Below are positions 62,271-64,000 of a stretch of 64,000 nt of DNA, in pieces. The notes under the pieces are model-generated. The model had not been told where the DNA came from, did not search any database, and worked only from the letters and a program-made list of their open reading frames with translations. Origin of the DNA: Squalus acanthias. Lineage: Eukaryota. The position numbers were made by a program, and so were the translations under genes. Each line of letters begins with the position of its first letter. The first letter of the stretch is position 1. The stretch covers positions 24,058,001 through 24,122,000 of the forward strand of contig CM059432.1 of assembly GCA_030390025.1 (NCBI GenBank). Reading direction: 5' to 3'.

Positions 62271-64000
62271 TTTATTCATTCATGTGATGTGGGCATTGCT
62301 GGCAAGGCCAGAATTTATTGCCCATTGCTAATTGCCCTTGAGAAGGTGGTAGTGAGCTGTTTTCTTGAACCGCTGCAGTCCATGTGGTGAAGGTACTCCC
62401 ATAGTGTTGTTAGGGAGGGAGTTCCAGTATTTTGACCCAGCGACGATGAAGGAAAAGCAATATATTTCCAAGTCAGGATGGTGTGTGACTTGAAAGGACA
62501 AAGAAAGAAAGACTTGCATTTATATAGCGCCTTTCACGACCACCGAACGTCTAAAAGCACTTTACAGCCAATGAAGTACTTTTGAAGTGGACTCATGTGG
62601 GAAACATGGCAGCCAATTTGTGCACAGCAAGGTCCCACAGTCATCAATGTGATAATAACCAGATAATCTGTTTTTGTTATGTTGGTTGAGGGATAAATAT
62701 TGGCCAGATAATTCCGTTACTCTTCTTCAAAATAGTTCCATGGGATCTTTTACATTCACCTGAGAGGGCAGACTGGGCCTCGGTTTAACGTCTCATCCAG
62801 AAGACGGCACCTCCGACAGTGCAGCACTCCCTCAGCACTGCACTGGAGTGTCAGCCTAGCTTTGTGTGCTCATAGTTCCTGGAGTGGGAACTGAACGCGC
62901 AATCTTCTGACTCAAAGGCTAGTGTGCTACTCACTAAGCCACAGCTGACACTTGGAGGGGAAGTTGCAGGTGGTGGTGTTCCCATGCGCCTGCTGCTCTT
63001 GTCTTTCCAGGTGGTAGAGGTCGCGGGTTTGGGAGGTGCTGCTGAAGAAGCCTTGGCGACTAGCTTGTAGTTGGAGCACACTGTAGCCATGGTGTGCCGA
63101 TGGTGGAGGAGTGAATGTTTAAGGTGATGGATGGGGTGGCAATCAAGCAGGCTGTTTTGTCCTGGATGGTGTCGAGCTTCTTGAGTGCTGTTGGAGCTGC
63201 ACTCATGCAGGCAAGTGGAGAGTATTCCATCACACACCTGACTTGTACCTTGTAGATAGTGGGATGGCTTTGGGGAGTCAGGAGGTGAGTCATTGGCCAC
63301 AGAATACACAGCCTCTGACCTGCTCTTGTAGCCACAGTATTGGCACAGTTGGTCCAGCTATGTTTCTGGTCAATGGTGACCATCAGGACGCTGATGGTTG
63401 GGGGATTCGGTGATGGTAACGCCTGGCACTTGTGTGGCGCCAATGTTACTTGCCACTTATCAGCCCAAGCCTGAATGTTTTCCAGGTCTTGCTGCATGCG
63501 GGCACAACCTGCTTCATTATCTGAGGAGTTGCTAATGGAACTGAACACTACTTCTTTTTTCCATGTGTGGACCAAGGTTGTAATGAGGTCTCTAGCCAAG
63601 TGGCCCTGACGGAACCCAAACTGAGCATCGGTGAGCAATTTATTGGTGAATAAGTGTCGCTTGATAGCACTGTCGACAACACCTTCCATCACTTTGCTGA
63701 TGATTGAGAATAGACTGATGGGGCGGTAATTGGCTGGATTGGATTTGTCCTGCTTTTTGTGGACAGAACATACCTGGGCAATTTTCCACATTGTCGGGTA
63801 GATGCCAGTGTTATAGCTGTACTGGAATAGCTTGGCTAGAGCTGTGGCTAGTTATGGAGCACAATTCTTCAGCACGGCGACCGGGATATTGTCGGGGCCC
63901 ACAACCTTTGTTGTATCCAGTGCACTGAGTCATTTCTTGATATCATGTGGTCTGAATTCAGTTGGCTGAAGACTAGATTCTGTGATGGTGGGGACATCGG
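62271..64000 (-). mobile_element. Second copy of the single-ORF CR1-group LINE, internally deleted, runs off window
   Basis: ORFs 63060-63791 and 62328-62519 are homologous to 30600-31760 and 34540-34784. Confidence 0.9.
62499..62951 (-). mobile_element. Full-length tRNA-derived DeuSINE/SacSINE1-like SINE
   Basis: Minus-strand head with A-box TGGCTTAGTGAG and B-box-like GTTCAGTTCC; L2-type tail; interrupts the LINE. Confidence 0.82.

Overview
Repeat-dense vertebrate genomic DNA, most likely from a cartilaginous fish (inferred from the repeat families only). No host protein-coding gene could be supported. The window holds several CR1 LINE subfamilies, L2 fragments, a single-ORF CR1-group LINE with a tRNA-like head, DeuSINE/SacSINE1-like SINEs, Penelope-derived fragments with minimal hammerhead motifs, solo LTRs and many PIF/Harbinger elements. 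One Harbinger (41544-45687) has an intact transposase and a three-exon Myb/SANT gene. The most notable object is a degraded foamy (spumavirus)-like endogenous retrovirus on the minus strand (48270-57918). It has a foamy-type integrase C-half, a tRNA-Lys PBS, an LTR of about 1.45 kb with a splice donor in R, and a PPT abutting the LTR. It sits inside a decayed Harbinger and itself hosts three further insertions. All family assignments come from motif recognition by eye; no database search was run.
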